Positions 12,775 through 28,417 of a stretch of 64,000 bases of DNA are shown piece by piece. The DNA is taken from contig NC_043008.1 of the NCBI RefSeq assembly GCF_006345805.1, positions 44,826,001 through 44,890,000 of the forward strand, written 5' to 3'. This DNA comes from Octopus sinensis (lineage: Eukaryota). The notes under the pieces were generated by a model. The model saw nothing but the letters and a program-made list of their open reading frames with translations. It was not told where the DNA came from and ran no database searches. The position numbers were made by a program, and so were the translations under genes. Position 1 is the stretch's first letter, and the number at the start of each line of letters is the position of its first letter.

Positions 12775-13157
12775 CTAGCAGTATTGCTGCGCGTTGCTCG
12801 GGTTTGTATCGACCCTTTAGAATTGTAACTTTTGAAAAGTAAACATTTTGCATTATGTAGCTTGTTATTCTCTTTAAGTGAACATTTTTCTGGTTGAAAT
12901 ACACCGAAAAATGGCAACACAGCCGTCAAAAAATCGTAAAAAATAGGGATTTTCATAGAAAAAAAAACACCTTTTTATGTAAATAATTTTTGGTGTTAAC
13001 ATGGTCCGATTTGAATTTTTCCTCTACGGAAGGAAAAGCAAGATTTCTTCTTTCATACTCTCGATTTTGGTAAACCTGCGCCGCAGGGCCTTGGAGGAGA
13101 TAGTGTTAGCTGAAGGCTACCAAACCTGCCATACACAGACAACTTCAGCTTTATATA
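12775..13157 (-). mobile_element. Non-autonomous Helitron
   Basis: Minus strand ends in a GC-rich hairpin remnant followed by CTAG|T; homologous over its length to 50476-50871; the 5' end abuts a SINE B tail. Confidence 0.75.
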
Positions 13158-13570
13158 CTCTTTTACTCTTTTTACTTGTTTCAATCATTTGACTGCGGCC
13201 ATGCTGGAGCACCGCCTTTAGTCGAGCAAATCGACCCCGGGACTTATTGTTTGTAAGCCCAGTACTTATTCTATCTGTCTCTTTTTTGCCGAACCGCTAA
13301 GTGACTGGGACGTAAACACACCAGCATCGGTTGTCAAGCAATGCTAAGGGAACAAACACAGACACACAAACATATTCAGACACACTTATATATATATACA
13401 TATATACGACAGGCTTCTTTCAGTTTCCGTCTACCAAATCCACTCACAAGGCATTGGTCGGCCCGGGGCTACAGCAGAAGACACTTGCCCAAGATGCCAC
13501 GCAGTGGGACTGAACCCGGAACCATGTGGTTGGTTAGCAAGCTACTTACCAAACAGCCACTCCTGCGCCT
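13158..13570 (-). mobile_element. SINE family B, full length (tRNA head, internal TA/TG microsatellite)
   Basis: Head AGGCGCAGGAGTGGCTG..TGGTAAG...GGGTTCAGTCCC and tail ...TGAAACAAGTAAAAAGAGTAAAAGAG; near-identical to 31985-32407. Confidence 0.9.
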
Positions 13571-13929
13571 ATATAGAGAGATTTTATTTTGTGTACATTT
13601 GTTGCACATATTCCGCAACCAATCTTTCTTACTTCTTTCCTTAAGAGAATTAGCCTTTCTCTCTCTATTCGTTACTTGTATAGCGTCATTTAACAACGCG
13701 TTCCACTTCTCTCCTACTTAGGTTAGTTACCTCTTTCCCTCTCTAACTGTTACGTTTAAGATCCTTCCTTTCCTTTTCCTTTTCCTCTCCCCACGTTTAG
13801 TATACGTCTCATCTAATTTGACTGTCAGAAGTTCTATATATATACACAAAGTGATTTTCGTATGCGGGCATGGTTGCGTACATATATTTATATGTGTATA
13901 TGTGTATTTGTGCGCATATTTATGTCATA

Positions 13930-13960
<31 letters not shown>

Positions 13961-14021
13961 AATGGAGTCGCATGAAACGATCGTACTGCATTACCTTTGG
14001 ATATCCTTGTTGCTTATTTTG

Positions 14022-14073
<52 letters not shown>

Positions 14074-14119
14074 TGTACATGTATGTCGTCTGTGTGCATA
14101 CATCTGTGTATTTGGTGTA

Positions 14120-14467
14120 AAAGGGTAAAGACCCCCTTCGGTCATGAGTGACCATGGGTTTGCACCTAGAGACTTACCCTCTGAGGCACAAGTCTGGGCA
14201 AAGTTGTTTTATGGAAGACCAGTAGTCGCCCATGCATACCGGCCTCCCCTCTCCACGTCACCGATGTTGTTCAAGGGAAAGGCAAAGGCCGATACAGCTT
14301 GGCACCCGTGACGTCGCAACTCATTTCTACAGCTGAGTGAACTGGAGCAACGTGAAATAAAGTGTCTTGCTCAAGAACACAACACGCAGCCCGGTCCGGG
14401 ATTCGAGCTCACAACCTGACGATCGTAAGCTCGACGCTCTAACCACTGAGCCATGCGCCTTCATCAC
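14120..14467 (-). mobile_element. CORE-like SINE with the family C head and a different 3' tail, with TSD
   Basis: Head and CORE-like block shared with 8579-8905, unrelated tail ending GGGGGTCTTTACCCTTT; 10-bp TSD ATTTGGTGTA at 14110-14119 and 14468-14477. Confidence 0.88.
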
Positions 14468-14472
14468 ATTTG

Positions 14473-14777
<305 letters not shown>

Positions 14778-16239
14778 TAGATGGTCTAGTATGCGTATAT
14801 ACTGTTGTAAAACTTTTATGTAATGCAGTGTGAAAGTTTTAGTTTTAATTTTAATGTATTAATCGAATTATATTTCGTATATAATTATTTGCAATAAGTA
14901 TTTTGAATCCGCTCTTCGATTTACGTTTTTCTTCAATTTATATAATGAAATGAATTTATATTGAATTCATTTATTTTGTTTCTTTTGTTTCTCGCATGCT
15001 TAAGACCGTTAATTGAAAGGACCAATGAAACAAATTCATTTTTAAAAGTGTATCTTTTAACTAGTTTAGATCGTATCGTTATTTCTGTTCTATTTTAACA
15101 AAACTGTCCGACGAACGGAAACGTGAATCTCTGAGTAGCAGCTTTTGTTATATTTATATATGCGTGTGTGTGTGTTAAGTAAAATGAGACAACAACGCCA
15201 AGGTTTTGTGGAATTTTCAGGACCTATTTATAAAGAGAAAGTTAGTCTATAATATATACATATACACCCGACGGACTTGTTTCAGTTTCTGAGTACCAAA
15301 TCTTCTCACGAGGCTTTGGTTAGCCCCGGGGGTATAAAAGAAGAAGCTTTCCAAAGATAATGCGCAGTGGGACTGAACCGGGAAGCAGGCGGTTCAGAAG
15401 CAGGTTTCTTACCACACAGCCACATCTAATGTCATTTATGAAAATGGGTGAATGCAATAGAATAAATTTTGTAATGGATGTTTTTGTAAACCTTAATACA
15501 ATTTTCTGAAGGTTTTTTAAATAGGCTGACAACATAATTCAATAAGTGGAATAATGAATATGAATAGACGAATGCCGAAACACCCAACGATGTATAGTAA
15601 TGGACCTGGAGCAATTCAGTGCTTATCGCTAATTCTGTGCGATTTTCTTCTAATATGTTTAGTGGTTTATGCAAAGCTCAACATAATTCTCACTGTGAAG
15701 GAAAGTGCAGAAGCAACCATGGTTTGCAGCTATCAAAAACTGATTGAAATATCCATTGTATGGAAACCTGAAATGACATGAAACCTGACAGGAAGAAACG
15801 TTTACAGATTAAAGAACGTAAAGTGATTAAATTACGACAAATGTTCTTAATAAAAGAAATACAACAAAATGAGGCACAGAGAAAAACAAAATGTGATGTG
15901 AATAAAGAGAAATAATGGAATACGTTATTACATGTTAAATACATGTAAAATATTAGCAAATCAAAAGGGTTTCGGTTCGTGTTAAGACAGCATGATTTCT
16001 TTTATTTTTACTTTTGAATTCACATAATTTCTATCACCATGTTTGAATCATCGGTTTAGTTTAAAGAAAGAAAATATTTTAGCAAAACCTCATCGATCAT
16101 GACTTGATGAAGGGGAGCAGAGACCTGTGCAGAATTTGAAATGAGAAGAGCATTTCTTTTTTTTTTTCTTTTTAACAAACACGTGACTATAAATGATCCA
16201 GTGTTTTATCTTTTATTCCATAGTTAAATTGACACGAAT

Positions 16240-16274
16240 GTTATAACAACGTGGTTGGCATACACACATATATA

Positions 16275-16350
<76 letters not shown>

Positions 16351-16512
16351 GACAGGTTTCTTTCAGTTTCCGTCTATCAAATCCCTTAACACGGTTTTGA
16401 ATGATCCGAGGCGATCGTAAAATATATTTACCCAAGGTGCCACGTACTGGGACTGAACCTAGAACCATGTGGTTAGGAAGTAAGCTTCTCACCAAATAGC
16501 CAAACTTGCGCC
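16240..16512 (-). mobile_element. SINE family B, diverged partial copy
   Basis: TTCTTTCAGTTTCCGTCTA...GGGACTGAACC.AGAACCATGTGGTT matches family B; a similar partial copy lies at ~15255-15425. Confidence 0.75.
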
Positions 16513-16529
16513 GCCGTGTATTTATATAT

Positions 16530-16581
<52 letters not shown>

Positions 16582-16739
16582 TATGTATGTATGCATGTAT
16601 GTATGTATGTTTATATATGTGTGTGCACGCGTGCGTGTGTGTGTGTAGAGCAATACTCTGCGCAAAACCAAATATATACCACCCTAGTCATAGCACGAAC
16701 TTGAACTTCTAACTTGTTGTCTCTTGAGTCCTCAGGGAT

Positions 16740-16895
16740 TACAGTAAGGGTGGAGCACTTGCAGAAAACAGCACTGCTTGGAACCGCTCGAATACTCCGG
16801 ATGCTGCCCGAAAACTAAGAGGTGTTATCTTAGTTCACTGGTTGTGAACAGCTGACACCGTAGTACATCTCCAGCGTGAGAAGCTGCGCAAAGGC
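16740..16895 (+). mobile_element. R4/Dong-type non-LTR retrotransposon 3' end with (TAA)n tail
   Basis: Translates VRVEHLQKTALLGTARILRML, then a short 3' UTR and (TAA)n; same subfamily as 26598-26945. Confidence 0.8.
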
Positions 16896-16935
16896 AATGA
16901 TGATAATAGTAATAATAATAATAATAATAATAATG

Positions 16936-16994
<59 letters not shown>

Positions 16995-16995
<1 letters not shown>

Positions 16996-17270
16996 TGGTA
17001 ATAGAGATGGTAGGACTGGAAGAGGAGAGGTATATAAGTGAAACCAGTTTTCATCGGAGCTTTAGGGTCGATCCCATTGAAACTTCAAAACTTCTTAAAT
17101 TACTCAGAAATACCATGCCAGATTGGTGTCATACAAAAAATCAGCCGTACTAGGTACGGCGGCGCATATTTTACGGAAACTATAATCTGTCTCAGACGCA
17201 TGTTGCCTCTTGACAGATTTCTAAATGCTCCAGTGCATTTTTTCCATCTGCGCTGCGACGAAGTTCTAAT
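16995..17270 (+). mobile_element. R4/Dong-type 3' remnant (second subfamily)
   Basis: VKPVFIGALGSIP...EIPCQIGVIQK.(frameshift)AVLGTAAHILRKL; starts right after the (TAA)n tract. Confidence 0.72.
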
Positions 17271-18728
17271 AACAGCAACAAGAATAACAATTATAAGTCT
17301 TACAGAATAATTTCCAATTAATTATAGCTCCACAAGACGATCGATTAGTACAGTATCGGTAGGTGATCAATCAAGATATGCCATTTTCTTATGATTATTT
17401 ACATTCCCATTTCAATTACCATCGAATTCATCTCAGCTTCACCATTCATGCTTCTAAAATCGATACAACAGCTACTCATTAATTACTTCCGTTTATATAT
17501 TTGGTCCTATCTTTTCCCTGCAAAAGGTGTGTCTGTGTGCCTTTGTTAGAAATCTGTATATTATAACTCTACATTAAACTGTTATTTCGAATCCGTACAA
17601 TTAAAACAAAGAAATAGCAACCGAGAAGTACGCTAGTTTTTCCCTTGCTTTATCTTGTTTATCGGAGATGTTTAAGTCGCTTAGAGTATTGAAAGACACA
17701 TCCAATATTTGGAAAGAAGCAGGATGTATTCCAAAGATTTGATAGTATTTTTCTAGTGTATAAGAAAATGCCATTTTGTCAGCGACGATCTTAGGCAATT
17801 ATGATTGATTGTACAACAAATATCTAAAGAAGAATCTACAAAAATAAGCCAGCTAACAATATCAGATGACGCGAACAATGTTTTCCTTGCCTTTCCTTGC
17901 CGAGCAGTAGTTTATATCTAAGAAGATCGCCATATTGTCTCTGCAACAAATCAATAACATAAGTGATTCAGATAACAATGTAAAGCAAAGACGAGATTCC
18001 TTTCTTTCTTAAACGTGGATATCTTTGAAGCTAGAATGAAGGGATTGTGAAACAATCACTAAGACTTGTAAAGGTACACAACGGAAATAGCTAGATATTT
18101 TTGCTTGTCCATTGGATACGACTAAATGCCTAAGCAAATCTATTACAGTTGAAGATACAGCGTATCAGATAAGCAACAGTAAACACAAGTTTTAATACAA
18201 CAATCAAATGGAGAATCGGTTGTGTCTAATGTAACAATAATAAATTTGATAAATTATCGCCAACCAATCAGCTGAGGAATTCAAGTAGTTCCCTATACCA
18301 TTAGACCAAAGTGAAAAGAATATTTATCATCAGGTAACTCAGAGAATCGATTTTCAGCTTGAGTGGTTATATAAACGTTTCTGCAATCATTCATTCAATA
18401 ATATTATGCTTGTTGTTTGCTAAAATCGTTCTTTTTAAGTGAGGTTCTGACAGCCACGTTAAAACTATGAACACGCTTCGTGCGGGTGTATATTAAACAA
18501 TCTCTATGCAAAGATATATCTGTTGGTTTAAGGAAATCGGGTGAAACACCGTTTCAATTGCACAACCACCCGCTTTTAAATTTGAAAACATGAACAATGC
18601 AACCAAATATTTATCTTAGATTAAGATGCACCATATTTTAATGTCACTCAAATATTTATACATATCATTATGAAGATGACGTTGTAAAGTTACAGCCATC
18701 TACACATATACGTATAACTAATCTAATT

Positions 18729-19398
<670 letters not shown>

Positions 19399-20779
19399 TA
19401 TATACGTTTAAATATTGTTGTGCAAGATTTTATTGGCTAAACTGGCAATATGACCATTCCGAAATATAACAATATATATATATATTTATATACATAAACT
19501 ATATATAACTATATATATATATATACATATATATATATAATATATATATATATATAATATATATATATATATATTTATATACATACACATATATTGTATA
19601 TACATGTATGTGTGCGTGTATGTAAGTATGTATGTATGTATTAGTGATATGTGCTGTATAATATTCAATTTCTTCACTTAGAGAATAATTCCTCAGATAC
19701 GTAGTATGTTTCAAATATTGGACAAAATAACAAACGCAGGCACCATGAAGGAAAAGCGTGTAACATGATTTTATCAAAAAAAGAAAAAAATCAACACGTA
19801 ATTGATCCCTTGTGTTTTCGATGCTTAATCCTACTAAACTTTATATTTAATATTTTCAAAAATCCCTTGTATCTATGATATTCTTCGTGTTTACTATTAA
19901 TATAATGCCAAGAGAGATGGTTCCGCAGAAATTTTGGAGAATCGGAAAAAAATGCTTTTCTGTATTTATTCTGAATGTTAACATTCTGAGTTCCACACCT
20001 GTTCAGGTAAGTTTTGCCTCTCATCCTTTGGGTGTCGATAAACTAAAGTATCAGTCAGGTATTTCGTTCGTTGACATTCAATATCATCTTCCCTTCAAAT
20101 ATTCCAGCTCTGTGCTCAAATCGAAACCGCATATCAATATTCCACTTATAAGCTGTAGAATGGTAAAAAATAAACGGTATTGATAAACAGTGGCATCTTG
20201 CATTTTACAAAGAACACTTTATTGGTCATTGGAGAGTCGGATAATACCACATACATTATTTGTTACGACACATTAGGTTTTAATTCTAAATATCACCTTT
20301 TTTTATTTCTTCCATTCGGGGTCGATAAAAATAAAGAACAAACCCAATACTTTAGATAAGGAAGTCAACTAACACCCTCCCCTTATAATAACTAGCTTTA
20401 TGCCTAATTTAGAATATATTTATTATATTATAATTCTTTTTGTCACTCCGTTAGTATGTTAGCATTTGCGCGTAACTCTGTCCAGTTACCATTTCTCTTG
20501 CCTAGGTCAAGTTACCACATGAATTAGCATTTAAAGACCTGTCAATCCAAGACATACATACAGATCAAGTTAATGAACATTAAATCAACTTTGAGAAAAT
20601 TATATTCTGTAATTCACTGCGTTTGTAAATCGTTATTTTATTCATGTTTGTTTTTAGCAAACTTTTATATTGATAGCTTTGCTATAATGTATTGATATGA
20701 TAAATCTTAAATTCTGGTGTTCGTCTATCAGTACCGTATATCTCTGTAACATACTTGAAACGTATGTGTATCGTATCGT

Positions 20780-20974
20780 CTTTCTTCTTTTACTTGTTTC
20801 AGTCATTTAACTGTGGCAATGCTGGAACATCGCCTTTAGTCGAGCAAATCGACTTTGTAAGCCCAATACTTGTTCTTTCGGTCTCTTTTGCCGAACCGCA
20901 AAGTGACGGGGACATAAACACACCAGCAGCGGTTGTCAAGCAATGCTAGGGGGATAAACAGACACACAAACATA

Positions 20975-21032
<58 letters not shown>

Positions 21033-21049
21033 TACAAACACACACACAC

Positions 21050-21085
<36 letters not shown>

Positions 21086-21216
21086 TTACAGCGGACTTCT
21101 TTCAGTTTCCGTCTACCAAATCCATTCTCAAGGCTTTGATCGGCTCGAGGTGCCACTGAACCCGAAACCATGTGGTTGGCAAGCAAGCTACTTACCACAC
21201 AGCAACTCCTGCGCCT
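20780..21216 (-). mobile_element. SINE family B with internal deletions and expanded (CA)n
   Basis: Collinear with 13158-13570. Confidence 0.85.
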
Positions 21217-21309
21217 ATGTTCATATTTATTTTACAGTTGTATAAGGAATATATTTAAGTGAATGTATATAATGTTTATATTTGAAAATCATACATATAT
21301 ATAAATACT

Positions 21310-21910
21310 GGCTTCGAATTTTGGCACCATCCCGGTGTTCAACTGTTCCATATTCTATCGATCCCGAAGAGGTGACAAGCAAATCGACTTCCATGAAATT
21401 TGAACTGAAAACATGAAGACGGACGAAAAGCCGTTAAGATTTTTGCCCGGTTCCTAACGACTTTACCCTGTTCGCTGCCTGAAGATTATTATTAATATTA
21501 CGTTACAGATTGGGGCGGCAAGATGGCAGAATGGTTAGCACGCCGGGAAAATAACTTAACGGCATTTCTTCCGTCTTTACGTTCGGAGTTCAAATTCCAC
21601 CGAAGTCCACTTGGCTTTTCATCCCTTCCGGGTCGTTAAAATAAGTACCTGTTGCATACTGGGGTTGATGTAATCGATATTCCCCCTCCACTGAATTTGC
21701 TAACCTTGTGCCAAAAGTTGAAATCAATATTATAGGAACGGCATAAATGCTTAGCGGCATGTCGCCCGTCTACATGCTCTGAGTCCCAATTCCGCAGAGG
21801 TCGACTTTGCACTTTATCTTTTCGAAGTCGATAAAATAAGTACCAGATTTGTTAGCACGCCAGGCAAAATGCTTAGCGGCATTTCGCTCGTATTTACGTT
21901 CTGAGTTCAG
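21310..21910. mobile_element. Cluster of SINE family A copies (one minus, three plus)
   Basis: About 21310-21480 (-), 21514-21730 (+), 21745-21845 (+) and 21850-21910 (+) each carry family A blocks. Confidence 0.75.
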
Positions 21911-21989
21911 ATGAGTTTTATTCCTAGCAGAGCTGTTGTTTTATTAAGAATTTCATTAGTTCTGATGATCTTCTATCTATGGCCAGTCG

Positions 21990-22235
21990 ACATTTCTTCT
22001 TACAGATTTCATATGTGAATATTTCCTCAACACACGTGCTGTTCAGAATACGACCCCAACTCCGTACATCCAAAGATGTCTGTTAGCTCCAACTGGGCAT
22101 ATCAGATTTTTGCATTCTTTGACACGATTCCTAGTGCAACATGTGATGATGAGGGATACCACACTCACACGTGAGTCTCTTTGAAAAACGCTCCACTTCT
22201 AATATACCAATTCTTGATACTTGTTCATCTTGATG
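21990..22235 (-). mobile_element. R4/Dong-type 3' remnant, highly decayed
   Basis: Broken minus-strand translation KMNKYQEL..EVER...VSVV...ALGIVSKN...TARVLRK follows the K..KY..L / GALG / GTA..LRK pattern of the other copies. Confidence 0.55.
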
Positions 22236-22640
22236 TGGTTACTGATGTTTCACTACAGAAAAAAATGGTTGATATTGACTGATATCAAATGGTTAACAAA
22301 TGGTTGATATTTTTCATAGTCATTACTAATGACACAATCCAATCTCACGTACAGCTGCGAAAATGTAATTCAAAATTACTAAATTAGAAGCAATCGCTTT
22401 TGGGTAGTCATTAATAGTTGAAGGGAATTTCGTTTCTTAAATCAAAGATTAACAATATTGTCTTGCTTCAGAAAAGTCCAATTAAAATCACGATAAACTA
22501 TATATATGAAATAAAGATGGTTTATTGAAAACCTGGAGGTACACTCCAAATTTCCTAATAATATGAAAGCTAATATTAAAATATATAATATCCGTGTTAG
22601 AAAGAAACTTTTATTATACGTTAGAGAATTTGTTCATTAA

Positions 22641-22962
22641 GGCGGCGTGCTGGCAGAATCGTTAGCATGACGGGCGAAATGCTTAGCGGTATTTTGTCTG
22701 CCGTTACGTTCTGAGTTCAAATTCCGCCGAGGTCGACTTTGCCTTTCATCCTTTCGGGGTCGATTAAATAAGTACCAGTTAAGCACTGGGGTCGATATAA
22801 TATACCAGTTAAGCACTGTGTTTAGCCCCTTGTGGGTAGTAAAGAAATAGGTATTTCGTCTGTCTTTTACATTCTGAATTCAAATTCCGCCGAGGACGAC
22901 TGTGCCTTTCATCCTTTCGTCATCGATAAATTAAGTACCTTTTGCGTACTGGGATCGATCTA
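22641..22962 (+). mobile_element. SINE family A, dimeric
   Basis: Near-consensus head and body, with a second unit from ~22851. Confidence 0.88.
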
Positions 22963-23156
22963 AATCATACATAGTCACAACGCAAATATATAACTTGTAG
23001 CTTTTCTTCTGTAATGAAACACGTAACATGGAATTCAAAATACACCACATTTTTCATTCTTTATCATTATATATATACATATACATATATACATATATAC
23101 ATATATATACATATATACATATACATACATGCATACATATATATATATATTATATA

Positions 23157-23187
<31 letters not shown>

Positions 23188-23289
23188 CGTATGTATGCAT
23201 GTATGTATGTATGTATGTATGTATGTGGGGGGTATGTATGTGCATAAGGTGGATGCTGGAATGCACCTGATATTTAGGGTGTCGCGAAA

Positions 23290-23458
23290 GACATGGGCCT
23301 CCAGCTTTCAGACTTCTTTTACAGCGCCTAAAACAACTGAAAGGCAGCTGCAATAACTGTGTGAATCTGAGAGAGGAATATGTTGAGTTTAAATCATAAT
23401 TACCTGGTTTCCCCGTAGTTTCTTCTACCCAAAGCCAGGAACTTTTCAGTACCCCCTA
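23290..23458 (+). mobile_element. mariner-like transposon 3' remnant
   Basis: Translates ..CNNCVNLREEYVE (mariner KCV...GEYVE-like C-terminus), followed by the TIR-like GGAACTTTTCAGTACCCCCT. Confidence 0.55.
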
Positions 23459-23472
23459 GTGCGTGTGTCAGT

Positions 23473-23514
<42 letters not shown>

Positions 23515-25371
23515 TGTGTGTGTGTAACATTTAGATCAATTGAGATATGTTAGGGCCACATTCGACCAACACATCGCCCGAATTCATTTATACTGTCATT
23601 AAACTGTTATTTTCTTGCTTTAGGCAATAGGTACGGACAAACACCAGCAGACATTTCAAAGCGTCCTTCAACGGAATCAGTGACAGAATTTCTAGCGGTT
23701 TGGTTATTATCAGCACCATGAACTGCAAAAAAGACAACACTAAAATAACTTTGGAAACAACCGTTACCTTATGGTAAATTAGCGCCAAAATAACAGCCGA
23801 TAAAATAGTTTAGCATTAAACCAAATAATTCCTTTTTAAGAAAGTCCATATTAAAACTTAAACGAAGATGTGTCAGAGAATCTCTAAATTTTGTGCCAGC
23901 TACTCTTGTGACTTCCGTTGTTCTCAATGAAGATTGTTGTTTGATCTTTGGAATGACTTGTCCATGGAATGAGCAGGTAAATGAATTCGTACGTATACCC
24001 TCGCTGACTTATGCTTTTCAATTACATGTGGCTGAAATCCGGTTCGAGTTATCTGCTGTTTTCATCTATCCAATATCATTTACAAGTTATAGATATACCC
24101 GATGTTACAGCTAATCAAGCGAAATTCTTCACCGTTCAGTTATGTTTAGCAAGAAATTTGGTACAAAATTTCGTCTATGGGATTTACTACATCCGTGATA
24201 AATTTCTGTAGAATGACGAAATAGTAAATTAACTAGTCGTGAATTGAACCTGAGTCTAGCTATCTACCAGTCATATATCTGCTAAATCAGGAATTATGGG
24301 GGGCCTCAGTTATAGCAATTTAATTTCTGGAATTTCATTTAAAAATTGATTTTTTAATGAGGAAACGTTTACGTATTTGTCTAGAGATTTCAGTAGCACG
24401 TAACAAAATCATATATTTGAATTAATATAATTAATATAAAAAACTATAATTAATATAATCAAATTTATTCATTTTTCCCCAATATTTTTGTTGATATATA
24501 GCATTGTTTTGAAAACTCATATTCGATGTTAGGTAATCTACTGGATAGTTACATAATCGCCAATTACACGACAGAACTTAACGAAGGTTTTTGGTTTTTT
24601 CGCCCTAAATATTTGTAATTCATTGATTATCTAATACTGTCTACCACTCTCACTCGGTGAAGCAGTGACCTGCTAAACCAAATCAAAATTAAAGAGTTTG
24701 TTATGAACATGTACAAATATCAAGATAAATTGTGCCTGCTCCGACCTTAGACAATCTGTTATTTATTTCGATTTCACTGAGGAATCTTATCCATTTAAAA
24801 ATTCTTGTCGTTCCTTATTAAATTAGCAAAATATATACACTTCGTGAAATACTTATTCACCAAATTAGACCCACGGTTTGCGTCTCTGTTAATTTTTCAA
24901 TCAATTCTATTTTGATCAATTTAAAACTTTTCCATATTAAATTATATTCGACGTCTCAGTAGAATTCTATTTTTTGTTTAATTGTTTTATTCTGTAATTT
25001 TTTTGTCTTTATTTGCCAAGCAATAATATTTCATTTACCAAATAATACTTTTTGAATTGCCAGAACGAGGGAAAGAATACCGACATAAATCTTGTCTGTG
25101 GTTTACATATAAGGTTTACTTTTCAATAAACTAAAGAAAAAAACAAATCATATGAACGGAAAATAATGAATTAAAAACCTTTCACTGTAGTTTCAAGTCT
25201 CCCAGTTATAATAAGAGTTCTATGTTAAAAATATGAAATCATCCTTGTTATAGAAGATTGTATAAACGCAGATAGAATGCTCAACACCAATAATAATAAT
25301 GACATAGGCGTTGTAATATTATCTTAGGAATATGAACTGAGTTTTAATATTACTACCAGTTGGCTTTTTAA

Positions 25372-25800
25372 GACGGCGAGCTGGCAGAATCGTTAGCACG
25401 CCGGGCGTCTGTCGCAACGTTCTGAGTTCAAATTCCGCCATGGTCGACTTTGCCTTTAAGTACCAGTTACGCACTGGGGTCGATATAATCGACTTAATCC
25501 GTTTGTTTGTCCTTGTTTATCCTCTCTGTGTTTAACCCCTTGTGGGTAGTAAAGAAATGAAACCGGGAAATCGGCCCTTATGAGCCTGGTATGGCTCGAG
25601 AAGGAACATTTTGTGGAAGCACATGGCATAGTGGTTAGAGCAGCGGACTCGCGGTCGAGCGATCGCGGGTTCAATATGTGTGTTTATGAGCGAAAACACC
25701 TAAGCTCCACGCGGTTCCGGTAGAAGGTAATGGCGAACTTCTGCTGACTCTTTCGCCAAAACTTTCACTCTTTCCTCCTGCATCTTGCAGCTCACCTGCA
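25372..25800 (+). mobile_element. SINE A (25372-25558), then a family D tail (25559-25608) and a family D head (25613-25800)
   Basis: Blocks match 51460-51690 and the tail and head of 62908-63384. Confidence 0.78.
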
Positions 25801-26152
25801 ACACATATCAACATTTATTAGCAGAGCTATTTATTGAACTTCATAACATATCAAGATGGTGCTAAGACATTTCCTTTCCTTTTTTTCTTTTCCACACTTG
25901 GTTATAATTCCAATGCTTGATAACAAATAATTTAGAATATACCTTCAGGATTTTAACGAACTATTTTCATTACATTTATTGTATCTTGTCATGATTTTAA
26001 TTAAATATATTTTATTTGATAGTGTACAAACTACATTTTCTTTGGGAATCAAAATTACTTTTCTTTGTCATGTTTTTGCCAAAAGCTGTTAATGAAGAAT
26101 TACGTAATTTGAGAAATATTTTTTAAGCATTTATAAAGTAGTGTAAAAAATG

Positions 26153-26420
<268 letters not shown>

Positions 26421-26424
26421 TAAA

Positions 26425-26945
26425 GACTGAAGGCAACTTGAAATCCCATGCAAGATTGATGTCTTGCAAAAAGCGGCCTTATGGGGCATAACGCATATCT
26501 TAGGAATGTATTATCTGTCTGAGGCAGTTGTTGAGACTTGATAGATGACTAAAGACCCCGGTGCATTTTTACCTACACTGTGTCACGGAGGAATACGGGA
26601 TCATAGATGTAGCGTGTCCAGCTGACAACAAGGTATGCGATAAGAAAGAAAGAAAAGTGGATAGATATGACAGGTGAGTATAGGAGGTTAAGCAGTTGTG
26701 GGCGCTGAAATAGGTGGTGGTAGTACCGATAATTGTCGGAGCCCTGGGAACAGTGAGTAAAAAATCTTGAGAAGTACATGGAACAAATAGGGGTTGCAAT
26801 AAAGGTGGGGCACTTGCAGAAAGTAGCACTACTTGGAACTGCTCGAATACTCCGGATGGTGCTCGAAAAAACAGGATGTTACCTTAGTTCACTGGTAGTG
26901 AACAGCTTACATCCCCAGCGTTAGAAGCTGTGCAAAGACAATGAA
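26425..26945 (+). mobile_element. Two abutting R4/Dong-type 3' remnants (26425-26560, 26598-26945)
   Basis: LEIPCKIDVLQKAALWG..HILRNVLSV*, then IIDVACPADNKV..K..KVDRY...VVVVPIIVGALGTVSKNL...LQKVALLGTARILRMVLE; (TAA)n on both sides. Confidence 0.85.
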
Positions 26946-26983
26946 ATGATGATGTTAATGATAATAATAATAATAATAATAAA

Positions 26984-27527
26984 GTCATGATGCAGTACAA
27001 GGCAGTGGCTCTCATGGCTTCTGATCTTAGCTGATTGGAAGTGTTATCATGTACATTGTTTGTCTTGGTATAAAAGATGAGCTACAGCAAATATTCTGCT
27101 CAATACCACAGATTTGCTTATCAGTTATTTGACCTTAACCAGTTGAGTATGCCCCTTAGTAGCTGACGATATGTGCGTCTCTGATCATAACAGAAGTAGT
27201 GGGGAGCATCATAGCCATGTGTTGAGAGGAATTGTTAGAGGCTTGGATAATTCACCTTTGGAAGCATGAGTGTTTCGTTCAACATCCTTAAACAATCATT
27301 CAGGGACCTTTTGAGTTGGATGGCCTACTCGACCTGAAGAAAATTCTAACTGGGCCCACCTGCAAGGTGCTGTTTATCTTGATATGAGATCACCATGTCG
27401 TGCACATATGGTTGTGATGCATGTGCCTGGTGTACACTTATCAGACGGGTAATCATGATGGGTATACACGGCTTCGTATATTTGTACCCCAGTGTCACTT
27501 TTATGACATGCACTGCTCTTTCACTGA
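26984..27527 (+). mobile_element. Unclassified ~555-bp (TAA)n-embedded element, copy 1
   Basis: Collinear with 35611-36165; (TAA)n on both sides. Confidence 0.85.
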
Positions 27528-27671
27528 ATAATAATAATAATAATAATAATGAGAAGAAGAAGAAGTACAACAACAACAACAACCACAATAATAATAATAA
27601 TAACAATAATAATAATAATAATAAAAATAATAATGATAACAATAATAACAATGATAATGATAATAATACTG

Positions 27672-27722
<51 letters not shown>

Positions 27723-28417
27723 TAATAATAATAATAAATCGATGTTGTGTGTTTATTACGAAGGCTTTATATTGTCGAGGGTCGTTAATATGATCTTGCA
27801 TCTAATGGTTTCTTGAATTGACAATTTCTACAACAATAAATTGAACCGAAACTCAGCTAATGATAATCGATGTTACAGGAAGCAGGAATGCAAAGAAATT
27901 GAAAGTTATGGAAGACTTTCAAGGACGTATATTAGAGGTATTGTATCGTAGTAAACTCACCAACCATGAAACATCTATCACTTAGAAATGGAAGACGAGA
28001 ATTAAAGCAGCTACTCTCATTGTCCATGAAGCCTGATGAAGATCAGCCTGTTGGAGAAAAGAAAGTAACACTATGACACACGGAACGCATTATAAACAGG
28101 CTTTCTCTTTATATTATAGCTTTATAAAGTACAGATTCAGTGAAAATTGTTTTCACGTACCGGAGCCTGTCAAATACATTCTCACGAAACGTAATCACCA
28201 TTCACTAAAATATCACACGCTCAACCAAATCTCGTTTTTTACGTGATTTCTCTCTTACATGTACATGCATTAAGCAGTCATGAATCCTGAATAAAACAGT
28301 CAGCTCAGAAGTTACCTGTTTGTCCAGTGGAATCATTAATATGCACCTGGGAGTTTTGTTTCCTGGGAACAAAAATGAACATTTCTATATAATGACGGCC
28401 CAATATATAAATGCCGG

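Noticed and set aside
28033-28060. Other CTGANGA hits (2139, 18327, 21962, 28033, 34416)
   Set aside because: No paired stem II followed by GAAA and stem III.
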